Source of the DNA: a virus
Taxonomy: Duplodnaviria; Caudoviricetes
Reading direction: 5' to 3' (one strand)
Virus record (IMG/VR): IMGVR_UViG_3300033069_000781
Location: 1 to 64,000 of that record
Length of the DNA stretch: 64,000 nucleotides
Shown: positions 16,001 to 27,030 of the stretch, in pieces
How positions within the stretch are numbered: the first letter of the stretch is position 1
How the letters are laid out: the number at the start of each line of letters is the position of its first letter
Position numbers and translations under genes: made by a program
The notes under the pieces: model-generated
The model's input: only the letters and a program-made list of their open reading frames with translations
The model's database searches: none
Told to the model about the DNA's origin: nothing

Positions 16001-18649
16001 ATGGCAACTCCAGCTATCACTATCGAGCAATCAATCAATTTTATAGATCTAGCTAATATACTTGATATTGAGATCTACCCCACTCAAATTCCGAGTTGTC
16101 TCTGCAAAAACTGTACAACAGGTCAAATGTATATCTTCCAGAACTTGGAGAATGGAGGATATGAGTATTGGTGTTCTAATTGTAATTGGTCAGGAACCTC
16201 TATTCAAGTATACCAATTATACAAGAATATCCAAAATATATCTGTGGCTACGGGGTGTTTAGCCAACGATTTAGGTCTAATAATACCAAGTAATGCATTA
16301 CAGGATTTAATTCTGGAATTTGAGGAGTATGTTAAGGACCGTCAAGAGCTCAATCAAGTAATTAATCGGGCTAAAGGACTTTTTCAAAAAGATCTACCAG
16401 CTAAGACTACGGAACTACTTGAAGGTTTGGGACTCTGGGGACTAATCAAAGTGGCAGCTAAGACTTCTCCTAGCAGTCAGGATCTAGGTGTCCTAACCAA
16501 TTATTCCTTTAACGATTTAGCTCGATATATCAATACTAATGGTTTATCTAGGGCTAACTTCAAGTCGAATGGCTCCATAGTTATGCCCCTAGAAACAATG
16601 CCAGGTTATATTGGGGCTGTATTATTAATGGATAGTACTAGACGTAAGGTCATCAAAACCTGTACTACTAGTTATAAGGATGGCGGTATCGCTAATCTAA
16701 GTTCACTCTATAGAGCTAAGAGATCCAGAGTTTACTGTCTACTAGATCCTATTGCTTACTTAAGTCTTAAATCTAAATGGGAGTTAGATAATACAAAAGA
16801 GGCTCCGTTTCTATATGTACCATCGGTGCGAAGGGGCCTAGAATGCCCAACTACCACTACTTGGAGATTTATACCAGATGAAACCGAGGTAGTCTTCTGG
16901 GACTACGATTACTCAGTGGAGTTGATTAACTATGCTCGTAAACTTGGCTCTAGAGGGCTAATTGCTACTAAGCCAGAGTTGAAGAGTGTGGCTAAGGATA
17001 ATCTAATAGATCAAACTATCTATCTCAATAACTTAATGAGTAGTTGGGATAGATCAGCTAAACATTGGTCTGTGGTAATAGGTGAATGGCTAAACAAAAT
17101 GGCTGTTATTGAGCAGCAGAATTTTGTTAGAAACTTGAACCCACCACTGAATCAAGAGGAGTTAGGGTTAGTAGAAGATAGTTGTGATAACTGGGAGAAG
17201 CTAAAATTCTGCTTTGCCTATCAACCCTATATTGAGACCTTCAAATGGAATGAACTAACTTTTATAGTTAGACCTAATGCCGGACTCTATAAGGTTAATA
17301 ATAAATCAAATACAGAGGAACTAATCTCTGATGCCTACTTAGTAATCAATGAGGCCGTAGTAATGGATTCCGAGATCTATTTGTCAGGCCAAATAAGGTA
17401 TGAAGACGCTGTTATAGACTTTATTGAAAGAGAGTCTATTATTCGTAAGGATCCTGGAGCATGGGTCTCTAAGATCTGTATGACCAACTTCGGGGTACCA
17501 ACGATAGCTACTAAGTACCGTAAGTTTCTATTAGACATAGCATTCGCTTACAAGAAGCCTGAGATTAAAAGAGCGGTGGAGAAAATTGGTTATGACCCTG
17601 AAGCTATGAAGTGGATCTTCCCGGGCTTTGATATCGATAATTCCGGTAAGGTTATATCTAGAGGTAATACGTCCAAGTTATTACTTCCTATGGCTGAGGT
17701 GCCAGAAACTATCGAGTTTCCTGGCATATTAGCCTTAGAGGAGATTACTAAATTAACTGCTACCAATGAGTTATTCTTGAGTCTATATGTCTGTATATTA
17801 GCTAATCTACTCTCTGCTAGGTTTGGTAAGAGGCCACGGGGTATCTTGGTCATTAACCCCTCACAGACCTTTCATAGAGTCCTGACCTTTGTGGCCACTA
17901 CCCTCAATCTAACTAGCTTCCAGAATCATAAGGTCGATAAGGACTCAGTTGAGAAGTTGGCCCAACTGGAACATAAATACGATGTGCCTGTAATTATTCG
18001 GAATACAGATTTCGATAGTAAGCACTGGCAGGCCTGGATGACTTATCTGGGACCTCGTAATTGTGTAGTAACTCCAGGTATAGGGGATGCTATCAATATG
18101 TTTAACTTCAATGATTGGTTCATAATCAAAGCCAATATCGATGATGATAATAAGCTGGATAAGGAACATCTAAGGGTCCTAAACTCTTTGCCAGGTCTAC
18201 TCTCTCGACTAGAAAAGAATAAGCTAACCATAGATACTTCGCTGTCTATCGTAGGCAACTCGATTAGGTTGCTTAAAGATTACTTAACCAATGCGGGTCA
18301 GTTATCTACACTAAATACTAGAATATTTGATAGGTTGCTTGGGCTTATACATATGAACTCAACTTCATATCTAGATCGAGTACTATTTACTATTGCGTAT
18401 TTAGAGGCCAATCAACTATTGAAGTTAGTAGATATTGATAGAGATCTAGCCATAGTTGCTATGAACACTAAGAATCTCTACATTAATTGGAATAAGTTAA
18501 ATACACTATGTAATAAGCATGACTTAGTTATCCCAGACATAGAGCAAGTGATAGAGAACAATAGAGCTGAGATAGTAGATAAAGCCGTGGTGGTCGATAG
18601 ATTATTATTTGAGATTCAAAGGAATATCTACCACTCACTAATGACTTGA
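16001..18649 (+). CDS. large hypothetical protein with an N-terminal Zn finger (possibly replication or packaging related)
   Basis: 882 aa; C..C...YWCSNC zinc ribbon resembling primase N-termini. Confidence 0.75.
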   Translation: MATPAITIEQSINFIDLANILDIEIYPTQIPSCLCKNCTTGQMYIFQNLENGGYEYWCSNCNWSGTSIQVYQLYKNIQNISVATGCLANDLGLIIPSNALQDLILEFEEYVKDRQELNQVINRAKGLFQKDLPAKTTELLEGLGLWGLIKVAAKTSPSSQDLGVLTNYSFNDLARYINTNGLSRANFKSNGSIVMPLETMPGYIGAVLLMDSTRRKVIKTCTTSYKDGGIANLSSLYRAKRSRVYCLLDPIAYLSLKSKWELDNTKEAPFLYVPSVRRGLECPTTTTWRFIPDETEVVFWDYDYSVELINYARKLGSRGLIATKPELKSVAKDNLIDQTIYLNNLMSSWDRSAKHWSVVIGEWLNKMAVIEQQNFVRNLNPPLNQEELGLVEDSCDNWEKLKFCFAYQPYIETFKWNELTFIVRPNAGLYKVNNKSNTEELISDAYLVINEAVVMDSEIYLSGQIRYEDAVIDFIERESIIRKDPGAWVSKICMTNFGVPTIATKYRKFLLDIAFAYKKPEIKRAVEKIGYDPEAMKWIFPGFDIDNSGKVISRGNTSKLLLPMAEVPETIEFPGILALEEITKLTATNELFLSLYVCILANLLSARFGKRPRGILVINPSQTFHRVLTFVATTLNLTSFQNHKVDKDSVEKLAQLEHKYDVPVIIRNTDFDSKHWQAWMTYLGPRNCVVTPGIGDAINMFNFNDWFIIKANIDDDNKLDKEHLRVLNSLPGLLSRLEKNKLTIDTSLSIVGNSIRLLKDYLTNAGQLSTLNTRIFDRLLGLIHMNSTSYLDRVLFTIAYLEANQLLKLVDIDRDLAIVAMNTKNLYINWNKLNTLCNKHDLVIPDIEQVIENNRAEIVDKAVVVDRLLFEIQRNIYHSLMT

Positions 18650-20520
18650 TCTCTTGGTTCCTGGGATAGCTCAAACTCAGAACCCATGGAAATACCATAT
18701 TTTGAAGCCAACAGGGGATAGACTTGGGATGTATACCAGCCCGCTGTACAGGCCAGATTCAAGGAGTGACAGAAGTCATCGGGCTGCTTAGGATTCTTGG
18801 AGATAAGAACCATATCGGAACCAACATCCCGCTCCTTACGATTCTCGATCAAGGATAAGAAGTCTTCATACAGCACAGGGGTACCGTCATCATTACCAGC
18901 GGGCCACTGTGGAAACCTAATCTGATCTGAGTTAATAACAGCACACATCAACTGAAGTGATCTAGACTTATCTAAGGCGTAGTATGATCTAGGATTAGTC
19001 TCGCTGGGACCATGCCATTCAATAATTGATCTACGGGGCTGATGGGTATAAGTACAGGGCATAATACGATCCACAGGGAATCCGGCTTGGATAAGCATAG
19101 TCTCCCGAAGGAAGCCAGCTCCACCGTAGTCATGGGCTAACATATTGGCTTGGAACTTATGATATAACTCAATGATTCTTTCACCCTCCCTAGTAGGTGC
19201 TAGATCTATTGCTAATCTTTCAGAGTAGATTAATTCAGGTAAGTAACTGTTTGGAGCAAAGCCAACAATAGAGATAACGGTAAATGAGGTTGATCCACCT
19301 TCAACAATTAACTGATTTCTACGCTTCTTAACTGTTCCACCGGCCCCACCGCCCCAGTCCACCCCAACACAAATAGAAGCGTATGGCCTACTGAATCTAG
19401 CATTTAAGGCCTGATCGAGATTCATACCCCACGGTAGATTAGCTACCTTCATTAATTGAGTTCGAGAGACTAACCTGGATCCGACATCACAGGCTTCTCC
19501 TAGCACTTCGTTATAGAATCTAAATTTGGGCCATCTAATACTCTTATTATAGAGTTGTAACCACTTCCTAGGATTACCGTAATGCATGGGCATTATAGTC
19601 TGGGGTATATGCCAGCCAGGATTATTGTTGGCCCTATCCTTATACATGTGGTAATAGAACCCAGCTGCAGGATTCAGTAGGGCACCACATTTCTTACAGC
19701 AGAAGCCTTCCTTACGAATCATCTTCTCTAATCCAAAGGCTATACCAGCGATATTATCGTCGGAGCATGAAGTACACTTAGTGACCCAGTGGGCCTGTGA
19801 GGATTGCTCCCACTTGAAGTGCATAGCATTATCGGTAGTTTTAGGAGTCCCCGAATACTGAGTCATCCCGATGTGGGAGGCCGCCAAGCAGGACTCTAAG
19901 ATAGGGATAAACTCTACATCGATATCCTGGAGCTCGTCGATGTTTAGGATATCAGCAGCGATACCACGGGCCCTCTCTGCATCTAGGAATGCAAAGGTAA
20001 AGAACATGTTGGATTCATTAGCAAAGGTTCGCTGGAACACCGATGAATCCCTACGAAAGCCCTCACCAACCAATATACTCTTGATAGGTGAGTTCTCTAT
20101 GAAGGGGCGAACATAGTTATTGCTGAACCTTCGGATCTGCTCAAAGAGTGGCGTAACAAAGAGCTGATTGAGATAGGGTTGATAGCCACCATTAATGACC
20201 CCTAGGGCCGCTAGGGTAGTAGACTTCGAGACCTGTCGCCCACACATCATTATTTGATCCATTGGAACATCTCTGTATTTATAGAGTGGTTCTAGTGGGA
20301 AGTGATTAGCTAGATTAAATGGCTTACCCTCTAGTCTAAGGAAGAAGGGTAATAACATAACTAGACTAGAACACTTAGTCTCTTTATACAGAGAGGATAA
20401 TAACCGAAGGCCTCTAGCTACACTTTGGGGGCTCTCGGAGTCCTGAGAAGCCTTCCAGTCCTGAAATTCTAACTGTAACTCCTCGACCAAATTTGTAGGG
20501 GTATTTGAATTAGTTGGCAC
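18628..20520 (-). CDS. terminase large subunit (lambda gpA-like)
   Basis: Walker A-like GRQVSKST; IDELQD; SGTPKT; Zn finger; F.NEVLG; nuclease GVDWG and DDFCH motifs. Confidence 0.88.
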   Translation of the reverse strand: MPTNSNTPTNLVEELQLEFQDWKASQDSESPQSVARGLRLLSSLYKETKCSSLVMLLPFFLRLEGKPFNLANHFPLEPLYKYRDVPMDQIMMCGRQVSKSTTLAALGVINGGYQPYLNQLFVTPLFEQIRRFSNNYVRPFIENSPIKSILVGEGFRRDSSVFQRTFANESNMFFTFAFLDAERARGIAADILNIDELQDIDVEFIPILESCLAASHIGMTQYSGTPKTTDNAMHFKWEQSSQAHWVTKCTSCSDDNIAGIAFGLEKMIRKEGFCCKKCGALLNPAAGFYYHMYKDRANNNPGWHIPQTIMPMHYGNPRKWLQLYNKSIRWPKFRFYNEVLGEACDVGSRLVSRTQLMKVANLPWGMNLDQALNARFSRPYASICVGVDWGGGAGGTVKKRRNQLIVEGGSTSFTVISIVGFAPNSYLPELIYSERLAIDLAPTREGERIIELYHKFQANMLAHDYGGAGFLRETMLIQAGFPVDRIMPCTYTHQPRRSIIEWHGPSETNPRSYYALDKSRSLQLMCAVINSDQIRFPQWPAGNDDGTPVLYEDFLSLIENRKERDVGSDMVLISKNPKQPDDFCHSLNLACTAGWYTSQVYPLLASKYGISMGSEFELSQEPRDQVISEW

Positions 20521-20954
20521 TAATACACTATAATCTAGTAATGGTTATTTTACTAACTGCTATTAGATATCTCCAACGCAAGCATATCTTACCGACAGGT
20601 CATGCCGAAGCCAGATTTGAGACAGATTCTTTGAGGACCCATAGGAGACCGATTAATCGGCCCTATCTAAGAGGTCCCAGTTATCTAGACGAATCCGGCT
20701 TAACATCCGCTTGGCCCAACAATATCAAACTTACCGCAGACTGATTAACCTATATAAATGATTCCAAAAGACCAAACCATATATCTCGTATTGATCGCTA
20801 TATTACTCGCCTGTACGGGACTAATAGGTGGAGCCTTTATAATCGCGCTAATTCTAGGCTTAGATTACATAACTGAGCAAAGATTGATAGAACAACTAAA
20901 GGTAAAATTACCTATCCCACCAAAGGACTAAATTCACTATTAATAGATTCGAAC

Positions 20955-20980
20955 AAGTACGCCTAACCGCGTACTTTTTT
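20955..20980 (+). terminator. intrinsic terminator
   Basis: AAGTACGC-CTAACC-GCGTACTT followed by T-run. Confidence 0.65.
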
Positions 20981-20998
20981 ATTTATAGCTAGCCAGTC

Positions 20999-22012
20999 AT
21001 GATTACTACGGAACAAATCAAAGCAGATACTAATTTCACAAGCTATATAAGCACGGGACAGATCAAACTAGGGCACTTAAACGCAGAGGAGCGAGAGGTT
21101 GCGAGTGGTTACCTACAAGTAATGAAGGATAGAGGATTCAATCCTCATAAGATTGGGATCTCTCCTCATACAAAAACAATTGATTCAGAATTAGCTGCAT
21201 ATAAGGCTACTCATGCCCAATTTGGTTTTGAGGGCTCCATTCAATCCCAGGTCCGGCAGATCTATAAGTTAATGAGGATTAGGGTTAGGTCCGCAATTAA
21301 TTACTGGACTCAGTATAGATGGCAGGAGCTCTACTATGACGATAGGAATTGCATTACTGGTGAAGCCGTAATAAAGCAGTTACTTAAAGTAATTCAGTGT
21401 AGACCAGCGGGTGGCCGATTCACAATTGATTTTGATAATCAGGATCGAAACAATAAGTATAGATGTGACGCGGTCTGTGGACTCTATAAGATCTGTCCCT
21501 GGTGCTTCTACCGAAAGTTCTGTGAGTTACATGAGTCTCTACTAGAACTTGATACTAGGGTGCCCGCCAATTCGATGTGGACGATTTCTGAAGCATTTCT
21601 AAAGGGCGGGCGGGCAGTTCACCTCGTAGTCAACAAGAAGCTCAGGGATTGGTTAAATCGAACCAAGGGCTATCGTGAATATTGCATGCTCCAAGTAGCT
21701 TCAGGTAACTCGCTACTCAGTAGTAAAACAACTAATAATGGCAGGATATATGAAGCCTCAATTCGATTAGTTTTAATTGCCCCTAGTGGACTGAGTCTAT
21801 GGGATTGGCCCGGAATACATAAGCTTGAAATGGCTAGATTACCTAGTGGTAAAGGATATACCAATACCATGAATAATGTAGCGAACACTATGTTACCTAT
21901 AGCTTACTCATTTCCCTATGTGCTCTATAAATATGGCTCACCTGAGATAATTGGCGAGTTCATAAGACGAACCTATATGACTCATGTAGTGACAACCCGA
22001 GGAATTGAATGA
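20999..22012 (+). CDS. hypothetical protein with a Cys cluster
   Basis: 337 aa; C...C....ICPWC motif. Confidence 0.75.
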   Translation: MITTEQIKADTNFTSYISTGQIKLGHLNAEEREVASGYLQVMKDRGFNPHKIGISPHTKTIDSELAAYKATHAQFGFEGSIQSQVRQIYKLMRIRVRSAINYWTQYRWQELYYDDRNCITGEAVIKQLLKVIQCRPAGGRFTIDFDNQDRNNKYRCDAVCGLYKICPWCFYRKFCELHESLLELDTRVPANSMWTISEAFLKGGRAVHLVVNKKLRDWLNRTKGYREYCMLQVASGNSLLSSKTTNNGRIYEASIRLVLIAPSGLSLWDWPGIHKLEMARLPSGKGYTNTMNNVANTMLPIAYSFPYVLYKYGSPEIIGEFIRRTYMTHVVTTRGIE

Positions 22013-22284
22013 TTTCAATCAAAACTAAATTAGAGGCATATAACCCTAGAACCGGAAGCACTATAGAAGGTTACAGAACCCCAGAGGGGTGGAAGTATAG
22101 ACATAGGTTGTCATTACAACCCAAACATAGATGGTCTAAATGGATAGAGTTCTACGGGGATACCTTTCCTGCTAATGAGTTTATGAATGCTATAGCTCAT
22201 TTATTTACAGTAAATGAGGTTATCGATATTCGTTATGCAATGGAAAGGTTAACTAATACAGTATCATCTGATATATTTGATTAA
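22009..22284 (+). CDS. hypothetical protein
   Basis: ATGA overlap; GAGGA RBS. Confidence 0.65.
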   Translation: MISIKTKLEAYNPRTGSTIEGYRTPEGWKYRHRLSLQPKHRWSKWIEFYGDTFPANEFMNAIAHLFTVNEVIDIRYAMERLTNTVSSDIFD

Positions 22285-22719
22285 TTAATCCCAAAACCCC
22301 TAATATTCGATTAAGAGCTGCACCATGGGTAGCGGGGGTCCTCCCTACTATATATACATTTGCACCATGGGTAGTACTTAAGTACATCACCTTAACTCGC
22401 CAGGCTCGTGTGATGTACCGATGGTCATTCAAGTTCTGGGAGAACTTTCATTTTAACCCATTCGAGTTATGGGCTAGGGGCCTAGCGGCCCAACAGCCCA
22501 AACTCTCTGTATGGGTTATCCCTCTAAATAAGGCCCTCCTCTCCTTCGGAGTCTCTGTCGAGACGGCAATCCTTAGTTTCCGGAGGGAATACCGCGCTCC
22601 GCGCGGGTCGCGCTTCGCGCGAAAACCAGAAAATCCAAAATCCCTAAAAACCAAATGGTTAAAACCAACTCTCTAATTAGTTATAGGTATGAGTATCAGT
22701 ACTAGTAAAGGAAATAGAA

Positions 22720-23079
22720 ATGGTTAAATTAGAGAAGCAAATCAATTCGAATCAGTACAGGAATCATATGAACAAAGAACCACTAGTAAGTGAATCCATA
22801 GTAATACTTCAGTCTAGGGAATACAGAGATACAGGATTTACTTCTGGTGACAACTTTGATCTGATATATCAGGTTAAACCAGTCAAGAGGGTTTCTGATC
22901 TATTCTCAGATGGGATGGTTAATAGCAGTAATATGGATAGGGTAATGCTTCGATTAATCTTCTCCAGAGCAACTAAATATAAGAGTTACGAAGAAGCCTA
23001 CGAATTCGCCCTATCTCTAACCTCTAGTTATCATCCAGTTAATGGGATTGAGTTGATCATTATTCATGATGAGTACTAA
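22720..23079 (+). CDS. hypothetical protein
   Basis: AAGGAAATAGAAATG initiation motif. Confidence 0.7.
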   Translation: MVKLEKQINSNQYRNHMNKEPLVSESIVILQSREYRDTGFTSGDNFDLIYQVKPVKRVSDLFSDGMVNSSNMDRVMLRLIFSRATKYKSYEEAYEFALSLTSSYHPVNGIELIIIHDEY

Positions 23080-23472
23080 ATGACCCAGCACGACCTCAAA
23101 GAATTAGCTTGGTCCTATCTTGAGGTCTGTAAGGCCATAGATAGACCCAATAAACATATCTCATTGATACTCCATAAAGATATAGTGATTTCAGTTGGTT
23201 ATAACCAATGTAAGACCCACCCATTAGCCCTGAAGTATAAGTATCGCTTCTCGGATCAGCACTCTGAGTTATCCGCTTACTTAGGCCTACCTAAGTCAAT
23301 ACGGTATAGTGATAAGTCACCAAAGCTTACATTGTTCAATATTCGATTCAATAGGTTTAATCAGATGAGAATTAGTCAACCCTGTGCGATCTGTACGGGT
23401 TGGTGTACGGGAATCTTCAGAAAGATCTATTACACAACTCCGAGTGGGGAAATAGAAAGGTTAATGTATTAG
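23080..23472 (+). CDS. Zn-dependent deaminase-fold protein (CMP/dCMP deaminase superfamily)
   Basis: GYN...HSE...PC..C motif. Confidence 0.75.
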   Translation: MTQHDLKELAWSYLEVCKAIDRPNKHISLILHKDIVISVGYNQCKTHPLALKYKYRFSDQHSELSAYLGLPKSIRYSDKSPKLTLFNIRFNRFNQMRISQPCAICTGWCTGIFRKIYYTTPSGEIERLMY

Positions 23473-23478
23473 TAATTA

Positions 23479-23727
23479 ATGGACAAAAAAGAAAAAATGT
23501 ATGGTCCCGGGGATCTATGTGGTTACTTCGATGTAACTGTAAAGATGCATATGAAGCTAGCTTTCGCCCTGCCCAAAGCGATGACTGATTACCAATTGAG
23601 ACAGTTCATACTTGAGGAGTGGGAATATGGTATTGATTGTCTAGATGAGAATATCTGGAGTATTGAATCCGTTCAAGGATTTGATTTAGATGATGAAAAT
23701 AAGGATGAAGAGGATACTCCTTACTAA
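23479..23727 (+). CDS. small acidic protein
   Basis: Packed in an operon. Confidence 0.6.
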   Translation: MDKKEKMYGPGDLCGYFDVTVKMHMKLAFALPKAMTDYQLRQFILEEWEYGIDCLDENIWSIESVQGFDLDDENKDEEDTPY

Positions 23728-24843
23728 ATGAGTAAATTTGTATTCACAGCCGATCTACACTTAAAGAAACATATCTGGACCAATAGACCCGAGATAGAGA
23801 ACGATACATTAGTATCTTTTACTCAGATCGTAAATTACTGTATTCAAAATGACTTGGATCTAGTCAGTGGTGGAGATAACTTCGATAACACAAAACCTAC
23901 TGCTAATCTAGTCAGATTCCTACAAGATCAGATCTCTCGCCTTAATAAAATTGGACTCAACTTTTATTCAGTCGATGGTAATCACGACAAAACCACCCCT
24001 AGTTGGCTAGATGTGGTTGGCGGTATCTCACTCAACGATACCCCCTATTATATTGGTGGTATGTGGGTCTACGGATTAGATCATTGCGGTGACCAAGCAG
24101 AACTAGCAGATAAGTTAGTATTTCTCACCAAGGGTAATATTGATGTCTTAGTCTGTCATCAGTTATTAGATTTATCCTGCAAGTTAGAGGGTATGGCTAA
24201 TATGTGTGCCCTAGATGTGCCCAAACGTATTAAGACCGTATTAATGGGTGATTATCACGTCAAGGGTAAATGGACCAATGCTCATGGGACCGATTTCTAT
24301 TATCCCGGATCAATAGCTAAGTTATCGACATCTGAAGCCACGTTTAAGACGTTCTACTTAGTCGAAAGTTTCAGTCTTAACGGTAACCTCTCTATAACAG
24401 AAGTACCAATACTCACTAGACCTTACACTGAATTTATTATTGAGACCGATGAGGATTTAGTAACATTTGCTGATAAGTGTAGGAAGTCCAAAATGTTTAC
24501 TGACGGTAGACATAAGGAACGCGTAGAACTCTGGCCTGAAATAGCTAAGGGTATAGTTCGAATCTTATATCCAGTGGGTAAATCGGAATATGTCACTAAG
24601 GTTAAGGAGCTAATTGGAACTAGTAATCATACAATGTTCCAGCCTATAGTTAAGGATAAAGGAGTTATTCAGGAAATAGATACCCTAGGTAATCTATCCC
24701 CTCTATCCGTTCTAAGAGGAATGATCCACCAAAACGATCAAGAACTCTATGAATTCTGTACCAAGTTCCTGGGAACAAAGGATCAGGATTTCAGAGAGTT
24801 ATTCAACAGCACTAGGACCCAATATGGAGTTGTATTGAAATGA
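23728..24843 (+). CDS. sbcD: SbcD/Mre11-like nuclease
   Basis: ADLH, GGDNFD, GNHD, CHQ, GDYH and YPGS motifs. Confidence 0.9.
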   Translation: MSKFVFTADLHLKKHIWTNRPEIENDTLVSFTQIVNYCIQNDLDLVSGGDNFDNTKPTANLVRFLQDQISRLNKIGLNFYSVDGNHDKTTPSWLDVVGGISLNDTPYYIGGMWVYGLDHCGDQAELADKLVFLTKGNIDVLVCHQLLDLSCKLEGMANMCALDVPKRIKTVLMGDYHVKGKWTNAHGTDFYYPGSIAKLSTSEATFKTFYLVESFSLNGNLSITEVPILTRPYTEFIIETDEDLVTFADKCRKSKMFTDGRHKERVELWPEIAKGIVRILYPVGKSEYVTKVKELIGTSNHTMFQPIVKDKGVIQEIDTLGNLSPLSVLRGMIHQNDQELYEFCTKFLGTKDQDFRELFNSTRTQYGVVLK

Positions 24844-27002
24844 AACTACAAAAACTAATACTCCATAATTTCGCACAACATAAGCATAAAGAAGTTACAT
24901 TTCCAGCCAATGGGGTCTGCGTACTTCAAGGCCACAACGGGAGTGGCAAAAGTAATCTCATAAATGCTCTACGATTTGTTCTGGAGGGTTCTGTACCTGG
25001 GGCCCTATCCAAGGAGCACTTCTTGACCTGGGGGGAAGAGGAGGGCTACGTAGAGCTCTACTTCGAAGCTAATAGTACCGAGTACAGACTCGAAAGAGCT
25101 CTGCACAAATCAGGCTCAAAGCTTAAATGGGGTAAAGAGAGTACTACCTCAAATAAAGAGATTACAACCAAACTAGAGGATCTAATGGGTATCAGCTTCA
25201 AGTTAGCTGATAAGTTTGTATTCGTTAAGCAGGGTCATCTAAATGAGTTAGTTAATGCGACCGCCTCAGAGCGACTCAAACTTCTACATAAGCTATTCAA
25301 TACTGACTGGTACGAGATCATTCATACCAAGCTAGGTGAGGAGTTACAGCGCTCTCAGTCCTATGAAATACCATCGGAATCTTCAGCACAGCTCCAGCAA
25401 CAGCTAGATGAATTAAATAATCAATACACTGCCTTAGTTAGTGCTGTCAATTCAGACCTAGCTCTATATAAAGCATTTGATGCCAAAAATGTAACTGAGC
25501 AATTTAGTTACAATACTCATCTATATAATGCCTATCACCATACTACCTATGGCTATGAAGCCACTAAAGCTAAAATCCCTGCCCAAATCCATATCGATGT
25601 AGCTGAGACTAAGCTAAAGGAATACCAAGCAATCTATGCGAAGTCATCCTCCCTCAGGGACTCCTTAGTTCCAATAATCTCGGATAAGCGAACGGCTAAT
25701 GCTTTACGTGTAGAGCATATTCGTAATAATGAAGAGCATGCCCGATTAGCTAGTGAGCTTGAGGCTGAAAAGGCTAAGTTACAGACACTCAAAGCACCTA
25801 CACCACCTTCTACATCCGGTGTAGATCCTACAGAGCTCAAGGAACTGATAAATGAGACTAGGCGTAAATATGATAACGCCTTATCATTCATAAGTAAGTT
25901 CAAACCTACAGCGGGTACCCCCCAGTGCCCTACCTGCTCTACATTCGCTATTGTTACTATCAATAACGAACTAGCTCCACTATCCAGTAAAGTAGCTGAA
26001 TATGAATATCAGCGCGATAGCCTTCAGCAACAGCTACAAGAGGCAAACGAGTTATGGGAGACCTGGGATCGTGAAGCCAAGGCTTACTTAAAAGCGGAAG
26101 CGCTATTTAACACGCAACGTACTGTACTGGAGCGAACTATTGAGCATATCTCTCAACAGATAGCTAATAAACCCAAACTCTTCTCAGTACCTGCTAGTAG
26201 TATCGAAGATATCTCTGAATTAGAGAAACAATATTCACAGGCTGCCTGTACAGCTGCTGATGCTACTAATCAGATCGCCCATTATCAGCAGAACCTAATA
26301 CTCCTTACCAGTACTAGGACTGAGCTACAGAAGCAGTTACAAAAGTTCGAAGAGAACTACAACATAATACGTAAATACGATTTTGGTACAGTGCAGCACA
26401 AGATTGATGATTACACCAGATTAGGTGCCTCAATCAACTTCAGACAGGGCCAGATACTTCAATTGGAGGCTGTAATTCGAGAGAAGAAAGTTCTCATAGG
26501 TAAAGTTCAAGAGATAGAAAAGGACCTAGCGGCTAAGAGGGCTTATAGTGCAGTACTATCAAAAGCTAGAGATATCTTTCACAGAGAGAACTTTCCTACC
26601 AAACTTGCTCGAATCTACTTCGGACAAGTCAATGAGACCTGGAATGAGATGCTGGAGCTATTCGATGTACCCTTCCAAGCCTATCTATCTGACGATCTTT
26701 CTATTAGATTAGAGTTCGCTAATAGTTCTGCATTGGTTGAACAGGCCTCAGGGGGCCAGCAATCCTGTGTATCTCTAGCCTTCATCCTAGCTATATCGAA
26801 GCTATTCACCTCTAACACAGGTTTCTTAGTTCTAGATGAACCCACCTATGGAGTTGACTCAGATCATATCGATAGGGTGACTGATACTCTCCAAATAATG
26901 GATTCCTATGCGAAATCCAATGATACTCTAATATTGCTCGTAACTCACGAAGAGATAATAAAGTCCCGCTTTTCGCAGACAATAGAAATTCAAGCAGCTT
27001 AA
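24840..27002 (+). CDS. sbcC: SbcC/Rad50-like SMC ATPase
   Basis: GHNGSGKS; coiled coil; CPTC hook; SGGQ; LDEPT; VTH. Confidence 0.92.
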   Translation: MKLQKLILHNFAQHKHKEVTFPANGVCVLQGHNGSGKSNLINALRFVLEGSVPGALSKEHFLTWGEEEGYVELYFEANSTEYRLERALHKSGSKLKWGKESTTSNKEITTKLEDLMGISFKLADKFVFVKQGHLNELVNATASERLKLLHKLFNTDWYEIIHTKLGEELQRSQSYEIPSESSAQLQQQLDELNNQYTALVSAVNSDLALYKAFDAKNVTEQFSYNTHLYNAYHHTTYGYEATKAKIPAQIHIDVAETKLKEYQAIYAKSSSLRDSLVPIISDKRTANALRVEHIRNNEEHARLASELEAEKAKLQTLKAPTPPSTSGVDPTELKELINETRRKYDNALSFISKFKPTAGTPQCPTCSTFAIVTINNELAPLSSKVAEYEYQRDSLQQQLQEANELWETWDREAKAYLKAEALFNTQRTVLERTIEHISQQIANKPKLFSVPASSIEDISELEKQYSQAACTAADATNQIAHYQQNLILLTSTRTELQKQLQKFEENYNIIRKYDFGTVQHKIDDYTRLGASINFRQGQILQLEAVIREKKVLIGKVQEIEKDLAAKRAYSAVLSKARDIFHRENFPTKLARIYFGQVNETWNEMLELFDVPFQAYLSDDLSIRLEFANSSALVEQASGGQQSCVSLAFILAISKLFTSNTGFLVLDEPTYGVDSDHIDRVTDTLQIMDSYAKSNDTLILLVTHEEIIKSRFSQTIEIQAA

Positions 27003-27030
27003 TTTATCAATTATATGTCCCTTCTAATAC

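Noticed and set aside
22410-22676. ORFs on both strands of the odd intergenic region
   Set aside because: No RBS, atypical composition and overlap with the GC patch and A-tract signals; more likely a cis-acting site.
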